From Candidatus Nealsonbacteria bacterium (GTDB lineage Bacteria; Patescibacteriota; Minisyncoccia; Minisyncoccales; MHMH01), in NCBI GenBank assembly GCA_030700195.1, contig JAUYKD010000038.1, positions 1-32,835 of the forward strand: a DNA stretch of 32,835 nt, given 5' to 3'. The stretch's first letter is position 1. The number at the start of each line of letters is the position of its first letter. Below are positions 8,547 to 17,653 of the stretch, piece by piece. Both the position numbers and the translations under genes were made by a program. Below the pieces are notes generated by a model that did no database searches, was not told the DNA's origin, and was given only the letters and a program-made list of their open reading frames with translations.

Positions 8547-8730
8547 TTCTTTTACTCATTGCCTTGATGCATTTGGTGCAGGCCTTGATCCGTTTACCGG
8601 ACGACAAACGCACCCATTGGAGATTCGGGTGTTTTCTTGTTTTAACGGTTGGATTGTATTTTCCTCTTAGTTTTTTTAGTTTCCAAACCATTCTGCCTTT
8701 TTTGTCGCAAATTGCGCATTGTCTGCTCAT
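8539..8730 (-). CDS. rpmB: 50S ribosomal protein L28
   Basis: MSRQCAICDKKGRMV...PNLQWVRL...CTKCIK is the classic L28 pattern. Started at the second Met (8730) of the track ORF. Confidence 0.85.
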   Translation of the reverse strand: MSRQCAICDKKGRMVWKLKKLRGKYNPTVKTRKHPNLQWVRLSSGKRIKACTKCIKAMSKRRR

Positions 8731-8754
8731 ACAAAGATATGCTACCATAAAAGT

Positions 8755-9363
8755 ATGTCGTTGACAATCTTTTCTTTAATCGTTTTGCTTTTTTCAATAA
8801 TACTTCATGAAATAGCTCATGGCAGCATGGCTTTACGTCTGGGCGACAGCACGGCCAAGCATGCGGGACGGCTAACTCTGAATCCTTTAAAACACATTGA
8901 TCTTTTCGGCACGATTATTCTGCCGTTTCTTTTGGTTATTATACGCAGCCCTTTTATTATCGGCTGGGCAAAGCCGGTGCCCGTTAATCCATATAATTTG
9001 CGCGACCCTAAATGGGGTATGTTAAAAGTATCTTTAGCCGGTCCAAGCGTTAATTTTTTACTGGCGATAATTTTTGGTTTGATAATAAGATTTGTTCCCT
9101 TGCCAGAAGCTCTAGCGTCTTTTTTTGGCATAATCGTTTTTTATAATTTTTTATTAGGAATTTTTAACTTAATTCCCATTCCACCGCTTGATGGCTCTCA
9201 TATTCTTTTTGCTTTTTTATCAGACAGGTTTAATAATCTTAAGGTGTTTTTGTCGCAGTATGGTATTTTCATCTTTATTTTCTTTTTGTTTTTCGGCTGG
9301 CTTGATATTATTTTTCAAGGAGCGGCCATTCTTTTTTATTTGACTACCAGCCAGCCGTTTTAA
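8755..9363 (+). CDS. Site-2 protease family (peptidase M50) membrane metalloprotease
   Basis: HEIAHG zinc motif and NLIPIPPLDGSHIL motif in a polytopic membrane protein. ATG 8755 is chosen so that it does not overlap rpmB. Confidence 0.75.
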   Translation: MSLTIFSLIVLLFSIILHEIAHGSMALRLGDSTAKHAGRLTLNPLKHIDLFGTIILPFLLVIIRSPFIIGWAKPVPVNPYNLRDPKWGMLKVSLAGPSVNFLLAIIFGLIIRFVPLPEALASFFGIIVFYNFLLGIFNLIPIPPLDGSHILFAFLSDRFNNLKVFLSQYGIFIFIFFLFFGWLDIIFQGAAILFYLTTSQPF

Positions 9364-9407
9364 ATTTAATTGACTTTAACTTTAATCTCTGATAAGTTTG
9401 GGATATA

Positions 9408-9428
9408 ATGCCCACCATTCATCAACTA
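9408..9428 (+). other. Duplicated rpsL 5' end (ATGCCCACCATTCATCAACTA)
   Basis: 18 of 21 nt identical to the real rpsL start 9587-9607 (ATGCCAACCATTCATCAATTG). Encodes MPTIHQL, then runs into the repeat and a stop. Confidence 0.7.
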
Positions 9429-9533
9429 CCGAGTTCCGCGTAGCGGGACGAAGGTGGAAAAGAGGGCGAAGTCCTCTTTGACTTTAACCGAGTCCCGCAT
9501 AGCGGAACGAAGGTTCAAAGAATTTTATTCTTT
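9429..9533 (-). repeat. Family 2 bipartite hairpin element, two units (inverted orientation)
   Basis: CCGAGTTCCGCgtagCGGGACGAAGGT + AAGAGGgcgaagtCCTCTT, then CCGAGTCCCGCatagCGGAACGAAGGT + AAAGAATtttATTCTTT. Confidence 0.75.
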
Positions 9534-9586
9534 TCTATTTTCGCTAACGCTCGATTGTAGATGAATTTCATATAATCATATAATTT

Positions 9587-9997
9587 ATGCCAACCATTCA
9601 TCAATTGCTCAAAAAAGGAAGAAAGAAAACAAAAAAGCGCACCGGAGCGCCGGCTTTAGAATTTGGATTCAATGTTTTAAAAAACAGGCCCAAAAACTAC
9701 CCATCTCCTTTTAAAAGGGGAGTTTGCTTGAAAGTATTTACCGCCACCCCCAAAAAACCGAACTCGGCTTTGAGAAAAGTTGCCAGAGTAAGAATTACCA
9801 ATGGCATGGAAGTCACCGCTTACATTCCGGGAGAAGGCCATAATTTGCAGGAACACTCAATTGTTATGATAAGGGGAGGCAGAGTCAAGGATTTGCCCGG
9901 AGTCAGATACCATATTGTCAGAGGAGTATTGGATACAGCCGGGGTTGAAGGAAGAAAACAGGAAAGAAGTAAATATGGAGTTAAGAGACCAAGTTAA
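9587..9997 (+). CDS. rpsL: 30S ribosomal protein S12
   Basis: [12 protein letters not shown]...[19 protein letters not shown]...[13 protein letters not shown]. Confidence 0.97.
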   Translation: MPTIHQLLKKGRKKTKKRTGAPALEFGFNVLKNRPKNYPSPFKRGVCLKVFTATPKKPNSALRKVARVRITNGMEVTAYIPGEGHNLQEHSIVMIRGGRVKDLPGVRYHIVRGVLDTAGVEGRKQERSKYGVKRPS

Positions 9998-10001
9998 ATA
10001 C

Positions 10002-10466
10002 ATGGCAAGAAAAAAAACAAAAAGAGAAATAGCTCCCGATTCAGTTTACAACAGCGTTGTTATTGCTAAATTTATAAACCACATTATGAAGCGTGGTAAA
10101 AAAACCATTGCCCAAAAAATCGTTTACAAAGCATTGGACATTATCCAAGAAAAAACCAAGAAAGACCCTTTGGAAACTTTTGAGAAAGCTATTCAGAATG
10201 CTTCTCCTTTACTTGAGGTAAAACCCAAAAGAGTCGGAGGAGCAACTTATCAGGTGCCCAGGGAGGTCAGAGGAGACAGAAAATTGACTTTAGCCATTAG
10301 ATGGATTATTAATGCGGCTAACTCCAAGAAAGGAAAGCCGATGAGGGAAAAGCTGGCCGAAGAATTGATTCTGGCCGCGAAAAACGAGGGTTCAGCCATT
10401 AAAAAGAAAGAAGATACGCATCGCATGGCCGAAGCCAACAGGGCTTTCGCTCATTTCTCGTGGTAA
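10002..10466 (+). CDS. rpsG: 30S ribosomal protein S7
   Basis: [18 protein letters not shown]...; ATG 10002 lies 4 nt after the rpsL stop. The track start 9915 would overlap rpsL. Confidence 0.95.
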   Translation: MARKKTKREIAPDSVYNSVVIAKFINHIMKRGKKTIAQKIVYKALDIIQEKTKKDPLETFEKAIQNASPLLEVKPKRVGGATYQVPREVRGDRKLTLAIRWIINAANSKKGKPMREKLAEELILAAKNEGSAIKKKEDTHRMAEANRAFAHFSW

Positions 10467-10472
10467 TAATTT

Positions 10473-12563
10473 ATGCCCAGAAAATATCCGATAGAAAGAG
10501 TCAGAGATATCGGCATCATTGCTCACATTGATGCAGGGAAAACAACCTTTACTGAAAGGGTTCTTTTCTATACGGGCATTTCTCATAAAATTGGGGAAGT
10601 GCACGAAGGAAAAGCAATTATGGATTGGATGGTTCAGGAAAGGGAAAGAGGAATTACCATAACTTCAGCCGCTACGACGTGTTTTTGGAAGGCTGAAGGG
10701 GGAGAGGAACATAGAATCAATATTATAGATACCCCGGGCCATATTGATTTTACAGCCGAAGTTCAAAGATCTTTAAGAGTGCTTGATGGAGCGGTTGTTT
10801 TGTTTGACGGGGTGGCCGGGGTTGAGCCGCAATCAGAAACAGTCTGGCACCAGGCCGATAAATTCAAGGTTCCCCGTATTTGCTTTATTAATAAACTGGA
10901 TCGTCTCGGAGCTTCTTTTGAAAAAAGCTTGGATTCAATCTTGGAGAAGCTGACGCCCAACGCTCTGGCCATACAGCTGCCCATCGGGGCTGAAGACAAG
11001 TTTGAGGGTGTGATTGATTTGCTGAAAATGAAGGCTTTAAAGTTTGAAGGCGAGTCAGGAGAACAAACCAAGGAAGAAGAAATTCCCTCCGATCTTTTAG
11101 AAAAAGCTAAAGAATGGCGGGAGAAGATGGTTGAAAGAATAGCCGCGGAAGATGAAGAGCTTCTGGAAGATTATTTAGCTAAAAAAGAAATTTCAGTAGA
11201 CGCTTTGCAAAAAGCTTTAAGAGAAGCCGCGCTTGATTATCGGCTTGTTCCGGTTTTGTGCGGCTCTGCCCTAAAAAATAAAGGAGTACAGCAAGTGCTT
11301 GATGCAGTAGTTTATTATTTGCCCAGCCCGATTGATACGCCTCCCATCAAGGGGATTGATTTGAAAACAGGCAAGGGAATAGAAAGAAAGGCGGATGATA
11401 ACGAGTTGTTTTCAGCTTTGGCTTTTAAGGTGGCTACTGATCCGTACGTCGGGACTCTGACTTATTTCAGAGTTTATTCAGGAACTTTAAAAAAGGGATC
11501 TTATGTTTTAAATTCAACCACCGGAGAAAAAGAAAGAATTGGCCGTATTTTAAGAATGCATGCTCAAGAGAGGGAAGAGGTGGAAGAGCTGTATACCGGA
11601 GACATTGCAGCTACGGTCGGACTTAAAAACACTTCAACCGGACACACGATGTGCGATGAAAAAGAGCCGATTATTCTTGAAAAAATTGTCTTTCCTGAGC
11701 CGGTTATTTCTATCCGCATTGAACCGAAAACAAAAGCTGACCAAGAAAAAATGGGCTTTGCTTTGAAGCGTTTGGCTGATGAGGATCCGACCTTCAAAAT
11801 TAAATCTGATCCTGAGACAGGCGAAACCATAATTTCCGGAATGGGGGAGCTGCACTTGGAGATCATCGCCGATAGGATGAAAAGAGAGTTTAAGGTAGAG
11901 GCCTCTGTTGGCAAGCCGCAAGTAGCTTACAAAGAAACTATAAAACAGGAAACAGAAGCAGAAGGAAAATATATCAAGCAATCAGGGGGCAGGGGGCAGT
12001 ACGGCCATGTCTGGCTAAGAGTTTTGCCTAAAGAAAGGGGAGAAGGATTTGAGTTTGTTAATGAGATAAAAGGAGGAGTTATCCCGCAAGAATATATTTC
12101 AGCTATTGGTAAAGGGGTAAAAGAAGCCATGGACAAGGGCGTGGTGGCCGGTTATCCAATGGTTGATATGCAGGTTGTTTTGTTTGACGGTTCCTATCAC
12201 GAAGTTGACTCATCTGAAATAGCTTTTAAAATTGCCGGGGCCATGGCTTTGCAATCAGCCTGCAGAAAAGCCAAGCCGGTTTTGTTGGAGCCGATTATGA
12301 AACTTGAAGTTGTAATTCCTGAAAGCTTTTTTGGAGATACTATTGGTGATTTATCCTCAAAGCGCGGTAAGATTGAAGAAACAAAAGACCGGCTTAAGAT
12401 GAAGGTGATTGAGGCTAAAGTTCCTTTGTCTGAAATGTTCGGCTACGCAACTTCGCTCCGCTCGTTGACCGAAGGCAGAGGAAATTTTTCCATGGAGTTT
12501 GACTGCTATTCTGAAGTACCCAATAATATCGCTCAAGAAATAGTTGAAGGGAAGAGAAAATAA
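10473..12563 (+). CDS. fusA: Elongation factor G
   Basis: [21 protein letters not shown] GTPase motifs. 696 aa, in the canonical position after rpsG. Confidence 0.97.
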   Translation: MPRKYPIERVRDIGIIAHIDAGKTTFTERVLFYTGISHKIGEVHEGKAIMDWMVQERERGITITSAATTCFWKAEGGEEHRINIIDTPGHIDFTAEVQRSLRVLDGAVVLFDGVAGVEPQSETVWHQADKFKVPRICFINKLDRLGASFEKSLDSILEKLTPNALAIQLPIGAEDKFEGVIDLLKMKALKFEGESGEQTKEEEIPSDLLEKAKEWREKMVERIAAEDEELLEDYLAKKEISVDALQKALREAALDYRLVPVLCGSALKNKGVQQVLDAVVYYLPSPIDTPPIKGIDLKTGKGIERKADDNELFSALAFKVATDPYVGTLTYFRVYSGTLKKGSYVLNSTTGEKERIGRILRMHAQEREEVEELYTGDIAATVGLKNTSTGHTMCDEKEPIILEKIVFPEPVISIRIEPKTKADQEKMGFALKRLADEDPTFKIKSDPETGETIISGMGELHLEIIADRMKREFKVEASVGKPQVAYKETIKQETEAEGKYIKQSGGRGQYGHVWLRVLPKERGEGFEFVNEIKGGVIPQEYISAIGKGVKEAMDKGVVAGYPMVDMQVVLFDGSYHEVDSSEIAFKIAGAMALQSACRKAKPVLLEPIMKLEVVIPESFFGDTIGDLSSKRGKIEETKDRLKMKVIEAKVPLSEMFGYATSLRSLTEGRGNFSMEFDCYSEVPNNIAQEIVEGKRK

Positions 12564-12649
12564 ATTCGCTAAGTTTCATAAAAGAAGGGCTTTTTTTTGT
12601 GATTTGATTATAGAAAGATTACGGATTTTTAGAGGCAAGTAATTTTTAG

Positions 12650-12678
12650 TTGACATGTTGATTTAGGCGGGGTAGGAT
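12650..12678 (+). promoter_or_regulatory. Sigma70-like promoter
   Basis: TTGACA (12650-12655), 17 nt spacer, TAGGAT (12673-12678), upstream of the small ORF. Confidence 0.4.
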
Positions 12679-12701
12679 AAGAAGGTAAACTTTATTGCTT
12701 A

Positions 12702-12902
12702 ATGGATTTAAATGAAATCAAAAAAATAATAGGGGAAGAAGGAGGAAAAATTATTGTTGTTGAGAACAACGAGCCGGTTTTGGTTATTGTTTCGTACAAC
12801 GACTATCAAAATAAAAAGCAAAAGCCGGAGAAAAAGACGGAGAATATTTTACCTAAGGAAGTAGAAGAAGAGGAGCTGAAGATAGAAGACTTGCCTTTCT
12901 AG
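12702..12902 (+). CDS. Hypothetical small acidic protein (66 aa) inserted between fusA and tuf
   Basis: The N-terminal IIVVENNEPVLVIVSYNDYQ is reminiscent of Phd/YefM-type antitoxin N-termini. Low-complexity charged tail. Weak RBS. Confidence 0.4.
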   Translation: MDLNEIKKIIGEEGGKIIVVENNEPVLVIVSYNDYQNKKQKPEKKTENILPKEVEEEELKIEDLPF

Positions 12903-12908
12903 TCTTGA

Positions 12909-13036
12909 CCCCGTTAGAAGTCTTAGCCAGAAAAAATTATTTTAATTTTTTCTGCAAGGCATAACGAGGGTATAACTAAAAACAAAGGTTTATCTGAAAT
13001 TAGCTTTGTGATATATAAGACAGACTTCTAACGGGG
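12909..13036 (+). repeat. Family 1 stem-closed element, long form (copy A, 128 nt)
   Basis: CCCCGTTAGAAGTC...GACTTCTAACGGGG termini, flanked by TTGA/TTGA. The internal sequence is very similar to copies C and D. Confidence 0.8.
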
Positions 13037-13065
13037 TTGACAATTCTTTCCAAGTTTACTAAGAT
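13037..13065 (+). promoter_or_regulatory. Candidate tuf promoter abutting element A
   Basis: TTGACA (13037-13042; its first 4 nt are the direct repeat flanking the element), 17 nt spacer, TAAGAT (13060-13065). Confidence 0.4.
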
Positions 13066-13077
13066 AATAGCTAGTTG

Positions 13078-13130
13078 CCAAGTCCCGCGCAGCGGAACAA
13101 AGGCAAAGATGAGAACGAAATTCTCATCGC
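13078..13130 (-). repeat. Family 2 bipartite hairpin element (inverted orientation)
   Basis: CCAAGTCCCGCgcagCGGAACAAAGGCAAA-GATGAGAAcgaaaTTCTCATCGC. Confidence 0.7.
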
Positions 13131-13163
13131 TTGATAATAATTAATTAATAAGGAAAAAAACAT

Positions 13164-14363
13164 ATGGCCGAGAAAGAAAAGTTCATGAGGGTAAAGCCCC
13201 ACGTTAATGTAGGCACCATTGGTCACGTTGACCATGGAAAAACCACGCTTACCGCCGCTATCCTTCATATTTTAAATCTGAAGGGTTTTAAAGTTTCGGA
13301 GAAATCTGTAGACCAGATTGATTCAGCTCCGGAAGAAAAAGCAAGAGGGCTAACTATTTCTGTTTCTCATTTGGAATACGAAACCGAGAAAAGGCATTAT
13401 GCCCACATTGACTGTCCGGGTCACGCTGACTACATTAAAAATATGATTACCGGGGCGGCTCAAATGGACGGCGCTATTTTGGTAGTTTCAGCTCCAGACG
13501 GACCAATGCCTCAAACCAGAGAGCATATTCTTTTAGCCAGACAAGTTGGTTTGCCTTCAATTATTGTCTTTTTGAACAAATGCGATGCGGTAGACGACCC
13601 GGAAATTATTGACCTGGTTGAATCAGAAGTCAGGGAGCTTTTGAATAAATATAAGTTTCCCGGAGACAAAACTCCGATTATACGAGGTTCAGCCATAAAA
13701 GCGCTTGAAGCTAAATCAGCCGATGATGAAGCAGCTAAGTCAATTATGGATTTGGTTAAGGCTTTGGACGAATCAATTCCTGAACCGGTCAGGGAAATTG
13801 ACAAACCTTTCTTAATGGCTATTGAAGACGTTTTCTCAATTGAGGGTAGAGGAACAGTGGCTACGGGAAGAATAGAAAGGGGAATTGTTAAGTCTAACGA
13901 AGAAGTGGAATTAGTCGGTATTAAACCAACAGTTAAAACCACGGTTGTCAGTCTGGAAATGTTTAATAAGATTCTTGACGAAGGAAGAGCCGGAGACAAC
14001 GTTGGTGTTTTACTCAGAGGTCTAAAGAAAGAAGACGTTGAAAGAGGCCAGGTTTTAGCTAAAACAGGCACGATGACTCCTCACACTGAATTTGAGGGAG
14101 AGATATACGTTTTGACAAAAGAAGAAGGTGGCAGACATACGCCGTTTTTTCCCGGATACAAACCTCAATTTTATATAAGAACCACTGACGTTACGGGAGA
14201 CGTTACGTTGCCCGAAGGCACTGAAATGGTTATGCCCGGAGATACGGTTAATTTGAAAGTTAAGTTGATTGTTCCGGTGGCTTTACAAGAACAGCAAAGG
14301 TTTGCCATTAGAGAAGGAGGCAAGACAGTGGGAGCCGGAGTTGTCACAAAGATCATAAAATAA
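13164..14363 (+). CDS. tuf: Elongation factor Tu
   Basis: [22 protein letters not shown]. 399 aa. Confidence 0.97.
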   Translation: MAEKEKFMRVKPHVNVGTIGHVDHGKTTLTAAILHILNLKGFKVSEKSVDQIDSAPEEKARGLTISVSHLEYETEKRHYAHIDCPGHADYIKNMITGAAQMDGAILVVSAPDGPMPQTREHILLARQVGLPSIIVFLNKCDAVDDPEIIDLVESEVRELLNKYKFPGDKTPIIRGSAIKALEAKSADDEAAKSIMDLVKALDESIPEPVREIDKPFLMAIEDVFSIEGRGTVATGRIERGIVKSNEEVELVGIKPTVKTTVVSLEMFNKILDEGRAGDNVGVLLRGLKKEDVERGQVLAKTGTMTPHTEFEGEIYVLTKEEGGRHTPFFPGYKPQFYIRTTDVTGDVTLPEGTEMVMPGDTVNLKVKLIVPVALQEQQRFAIREGGKTVGAGVVTKIIK

Positions 14364-14370
14364 TTTTAAT

Positions 14371-14476
14371 AGCGAGTCCGCCTGAGGCGGACGAAGCTTA
14401 AGATGAAATTTATTTCATCGCCCAGCGAGTCCCGCTTAGCGGGACGAAGCTGGAGATGAATCTTTAGATTCATCGA
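14371..14476 (-). repeat. Family 2 bipartite hairpin element, two units (inverted orientation)
   Basis: AGCGAGTCCGCCtgaGGCGGACGAAGC + GATGAAATttATTTCATCGCC, then AGCGAGTCCCGCttagCGGGACGAAGC + GATGAATCTttAGATTCATCGAC. Confidence 0.8.
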
Positions 14477-14482
14477 CTAAGA

Positions 14483-14824
14483 ATGCCTAAGAAAAAGACA
14501 GAATCAGTTGAAAATGAAGTTAGGCCTAAGATACGCATAAAGCTGAGGGCCTATGACCATAAGGTAATTGATAAGAGCGCTCGCGAGATATGTGAGACGG
14601 CTTTACGTTATGGGGTTGAAATTTCAGGTCCGGTACCTTTGCCAACGGAAATTCAGAAATACACGGTCAATCGGTCAAGTTTTATTCATAAAGATGCCAG
14701 AGAGCAGTTTGAAATGAGAATCCATAAAAGATTAATTGACATTTTAACTCCCAACAGCCGGGTGATAGATGCCTTAATGAACTTAACTCTGCCGGCCGGC
14801 GTAGATATTGAAATCAAAATGTAA
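14483..14824 (+). CDS. rpsJ: 30S ribosomal protein S10
   Basis: [17 protein letters not shown]...; short N-terminal extension. Confidence 0.95.
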   Translation: MPKKKTESVENEVRPKIRIKLRAYDHKVIDKSAREICETALRYGVEISGPVPLPTEIQKYTVNRSSFIHKDAREQFEMRIHKRLIDILTPNSRVIDALMNLTLPAGVDIEIKM

Positions 14825-14828
14825 ACAG

Positions 14829-14851
14829 AAAATCGCCAAAAGGGCGATTTT
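14829..14851 (+). terminator. Hairpin with T run after rpsJ (terminator-like)
   Basis: AAAATCGCC-AAAAG-GGCGATTTT. Confidence 0.5.
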
Positions 14852-14966
14852 GGTAAAATAAAATATGGGATTTGACAGAGTTTGTGTATAATGTTAGATT
14901 TATAGAAGGTTTAATAACATGTTTTTATTTACTTAAATAAGAAACATCAGTTAAATTGCCTCGGAG

Positions 14967-14989
14967 AACTGGGCAATGGCCCAGTTTTT
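14967..14989 (+). promoter_or_regulatory. Hairpin plus T run 8 nt upstream of rplC (attenuator-like)
   Basis: AACTGGGC-AATG-GCCCAGTT followed by TTT. Confidence 0.3.
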
Positions 14990-14996
14990 GATTATA

Positions 14997-15608
14997 ATGG
15001 AAAAATTCATATTAGGTTTAAAATTAGGCATGAGTCAGATGTTTGATGAAAAGGGCAATGTTGTGCCTCTAACTTTAGTTGAAGCGGGTCCATGCCAAGT
15101 TACTCAAATGAAAACTAAAGAAAAAGATGGATACGAGGCTGTTCAAATTGGTTTTAAGCAAATTGAAAAAAAGATTAAGAAATCAATGAAGAAAAAACCG
15201 TTTCGTTACCTTAAAGAGTTCAAAATTGTCGAAGAGGATAAATCCTCTTCTTCACCTTTCGCTGCGGCTCAGGTATTAGACGTTTCTTTATTTAACGAAG
15301 GAGATAAGGTTAAGATTTCAGGTGTTTCTAAAGGAAAAGGATTCCAGGGACCGGTTAAAAGATGGGGGTTTTCAGGCAGAAACGCCACTCACGGAGTTAA
15401 ACATGAACATAGAACATTGGGGTCTGTGGGTACAACCGGCCCTCAAAGAGTTATGAAGGGGAAGAAAATGGCTGGTCGCATGGGTTCAGATAGAGTAACA
15501 GTTAAGAATTTAAAAGTGGTAAAAGTGGATAAAGAAAATAATTTATTAGCTATCGCAGGAGCCGTGCCCGGAAAAAACGGTTCATTATTAGAGATTAGGG
15601 GAAGATGA
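14997..15608 (+). CDS. rplC: 50S ribosomal protein L3
   Basis: MEKFILGLKLGMSQMFDEKGNVVPLTLVEAGPC matches the usual L3 N-terminus. The track start 14976 lies inside the upstream hairpin. Confidence 0.9.
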   Translation: MEKFILGLKLGMSQMFDEKGNVVPLTLVEAGPCQVTQMKTKEKDGYEAVQIGFKQIEKKIKKSMKKKPFRYLKEFKIVEEDKSSSSPFAAAQVLDVSLFNEGDKVKISGVSKGKGFQGPVKRWGFSGRNATHGVKHEHRTLGSVGTTGPQRVMKGKKMAGRMGSDRVTVKNLKVVKVDKENNLLAIAGAVPGKNGSLLEIRGR

Positions 15609-16237
15609 AGACACAAATTTTTGACCAAACCGGAAAAGAAATCGGACAAGCCTTGCTGCCAAAGGAAATTTTCGGTTTAGAATTAAGTTCTGATTTAGTT
15701 TATCAAACAGTTTTTTCTCAAACAGCTAACCGTCGGCAAGGATCGGCTCATACTAAGGACAGAGGAGAAGTTAGCGGTGGAGGAAAAAAGCCTTGGAGGC
15801 AAAAAGGCACTGGTCGGGCTAGACATGGTTCAATTCGTTCACCTCTTTGGAAGGGGGGAGGAGTTACATTTGGTCCGAATAACGCAAAAGTTTTTAAGAA
15901 AAAAATCAATAAAAAATCACAGAGAAAAGCTTTATTGATGGTCTTATCCGCCAAAGCGCAGAAAAATCTGATTGTTTTGGTTGATAAGCTGAAAATCGAG
16001 AAACCGAGAACCAAGGAAATGGGTGAAATCTTAAAAAACCTTCCGTGTAAGGAAGGCAAATGCTTGATTGTTTTGCCGGTTATGGATAAAAACATAATTT
16101 TATCTGCCAGAAATCTCGAGAATGTTAAAGTTATGCAGGCTAAAGATTTGAATGTTTTGGATGCCTTGAGCTGCAAATATATGGTTTTGCCGAAAGAATC
16201 AATAAAAGTTATCAAAGAAACCTTTGTAAGTCGATGA
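15605..16237 (+). CDS. rplD: 50S ribosomal protein L4
   Basis: GGGKKPWRQKGTGRARHGSIRSPLWKGGGVTFGP. ATGA overlap with rplC. Confidence 0.94.
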   Translation: MKTQIFDQTGKEIGQALLPKEIFGLELSSDLVYQTVFSQTANRRQGSAHTKDRGEVSGGGKKPWRQKGTGRARHGSIRSPLWKGGGVTFGPNNAKVFKKKINKKSQRKALLMVLSAKAQKNLIVLVDKLKIEKPRTKEMGEILKNLPCKEGKCLIVLPVMDKNIILSARNLENVKVMQAKDLNVLDALSCKYMVLPKESIKVIKETFVSR

Positions 16238-16284
16238 AAATAAATTTTAATCTTCAACTTCGTTCCGCTATAGCGGAACTCGGT
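16233..16284 (+). repeat. Family 2 bipartite hairpin element
   Basis: GATGAAAATaaATTTTAATCTTCAACTTCGTTCCGCtataGCGGAACTCGGT. The rplD stop TGA is inside the first hairpin. It is followed by AAATAATTATG (rplW start). Confidence 0.75.
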
Positions 16285-16292
16285 AAATAATT

Positions 16293-16736
16293 ATGGCTTT
16301 ATTTGATATTTTTAAAAAAAAGGTTGGGAAAAAAGAAAAGACTGAAAAAAAAGAACAAAAGAAAGAAATTAAAATTGCAGAAAAACCGAAAAAGACTGTT
16401 GTAAAAAAGGAAAAGAAGGAAGCGCCTCTTCCGTCAAAACCGCAGAAAACATCTCCCAATGCTTACTCTATTTTGAAAGGGCCGCATATTACCGAAAAAG
16501 CGACCGAATTGGTTTCAGCCAACCAGTATATTTTTAATGTTTATGTTAAAGCTAACAAGCCGGAGATTAAAAAAACAATAGAAGATATTTATGGAGTTAA
16601 GGTAGTTAGCGTCAATATTGTTAATATTCCAGCTAAAAAAAGAAGATTAGGGAAAATAGAGGGTTGGAGGAAGGGATATAAAAAAGCGATTGTTAAAATA
16701 AAAGCAGGGCAAAAAATAGAAGTTTTACCCCGTTAA
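16293..16736 (+). CDS. rplW: 50S ribosomal protein L23 with about 55-aa Lys-rich N-terminal extension
   Basis: The C-terminal two-thirds (ILKGPHITEKAT...NIVNIPAKKRR...KKAIVKIKAGQKIE) is L23. The N-terminus is KKEKK-type low complexity. Confidence 0.9.
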   Translation: MALFDIFKKKVGKKEKTEKKEQKKEIKIAEKPKKTVVKKEKKEAPLPSKPQKTSPNAYSILKGPHITEKATELVSANQYIFNVYVKANKPEIKKTIEDIYGVKVVSVNIVNIPAKKRRLGKIEGWRKGYKKAIVKIKAGQKIEVLPR

Positions 16737-16783
16737 ATAATTTTACTAAAGTAAAATTGTTGCGAAACAACATTTAACAGGGT
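16727..16783 (+). repeat. Family 1 stem-closed element, short form (three-way junction) spanning rplW stop to rplB start
   Basis: P1 ACCCCGTTAAAT/ATTTAACAGGGT. P2 AATTTTAC-TAAA-GTAAAATT. P3 GTTG-CGAAA-CAAC. The rplW TAA sits in the 5' arm and the rplB GTG in the 3' arm. Confidence 0.7.
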
Positions 16784-17606
16784 GAACCGAGATAATATGT
16801 TAAAGAACTTAGCGACAAAAGAAAACTTCAGATTATTAACCAAAAAGAAGCCGGAAAAAGGTTTGCTCTTAAAATTGCAGCAAAGATCAGGCAGAGGGTC
16901 CAGCGGGAGAATAACAGTTAGACATCAAGGCGGGGGAGCTAAAAAACTTTATCGTCTAGTGGATTTCGGACAGGAAAAATTGGATATCAAGGCAAAAGTT
17001 GCTTCTTTGGAATACGATCCTTACAGATCTTCCTTTATTATGCTTTTAGAATATCAAGGAGGAGATAAGCGCTATCGTTTAGCTCCTCAAGGATTAAAGG
17101 TTGGAGACAGCGTTGTTTGTCAGGAAAAAGCTGATTTAAATATAGGCAATAGAATGAAATTAAGACATATTCCGGTTGGAACTTCTGTTTACAATATTGA
17201 ACTTATTCCCGGTCAGGGCGGAAAATTAGCCAGGGGAGCCGGTACATCGGCCAAGGTTTTGGCGCATGAGGAAAAATACTGTAATATTGAGATGCCTTCG
17301 GGAGAAGTAAGAAGGACGTCTGAAGAGTGTTTTGCTTCTATCGGCGCTCTTTCCAGGGCAGAGCATATTTACACAGTATTGGGAAAAGCGGGTAAAGCGC
17401 GCCATAAAGGAATAAGGCCCAGCGTTAAAGGTTCAGCCATGATTCCTGCAGATCACCCGCATGGAGGAGGAGAAGGGAGAGCCCCAATCGGATTGAAATA
17501 TCCCAAGACCCCTTGGGGAAAACATGCTTTGGGAGTCAAAACAAGAAAAAGGCATCTGACGGATAAATATATAATTCAAAGAAGGTCAAAGAAATCAAAG
17601 AAATAA
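16782..17606 (+). CDS. rplB: 50S ribosomal protein L2
   Basis: GRITVRHQGGGAKKLYR, ...HPHGGGEGR. The start is either GTG 16782 (inside the element arm) or ATG 16797. Confidence 0.93.
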   Translation: MNRDNMLKNLATKENFRLLTKKKPEKGLLLKLQQRSGRGSSGRITVRHQGGGAKKLYRLVDFGQEKLDIKAKVASLEYDPYRSSFIMLLEYQGGDKRYRLAPQGLKVGDSVVCQEKADLNIGNRMKLRHIPVGTSVYNIELIPGQGGKLARGAGTSAKVLAHEEKYCNIEMPSGEVRRTSEECFASIGALSRAEHIYTVLGKAGKARHKGIRPSVKGSAMIPADHPHGGGEGRAPIGLKYPKTPWGKHALGVKTRKRHLTDKYIIQRRSKKSKK

Positions 17607-17645
17607 ATTTCTTTTCTACCTTCGTCCTGCTTCGCAGGACTCGGT
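17598..17645 (+). repeat. Family 2 bipartite hairpin element
   Basis: AAAGAAATaaATTTCTTTTCTACCTTCGTCCTGCttcGCAGGACTCGGT. The rplB stop TAA is in the first hairpin. It is followed by AAATAATTATG (rpsS start), identical to the rplW context. Confidence 0.75.
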
Positions 17646-17653
17646 AAATAATT

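Noticed and set aside
8528-8764. 78-aa plus-strand ORF
   Set aside because: It is the antisense shadow of rpmB (L28), whose minus-strand translation has the unmistakable MSRQCAICDKKGR...CTKC pattern.
14872-14892. TTGACA ... TATAAT upstream of rplC as a promoter
   Set aside because: The spacer between the two hexamers is only 9 nt, which is incompatible with a sigma70-type promoter. TATAAT alone is common in this AT-rich DNA.
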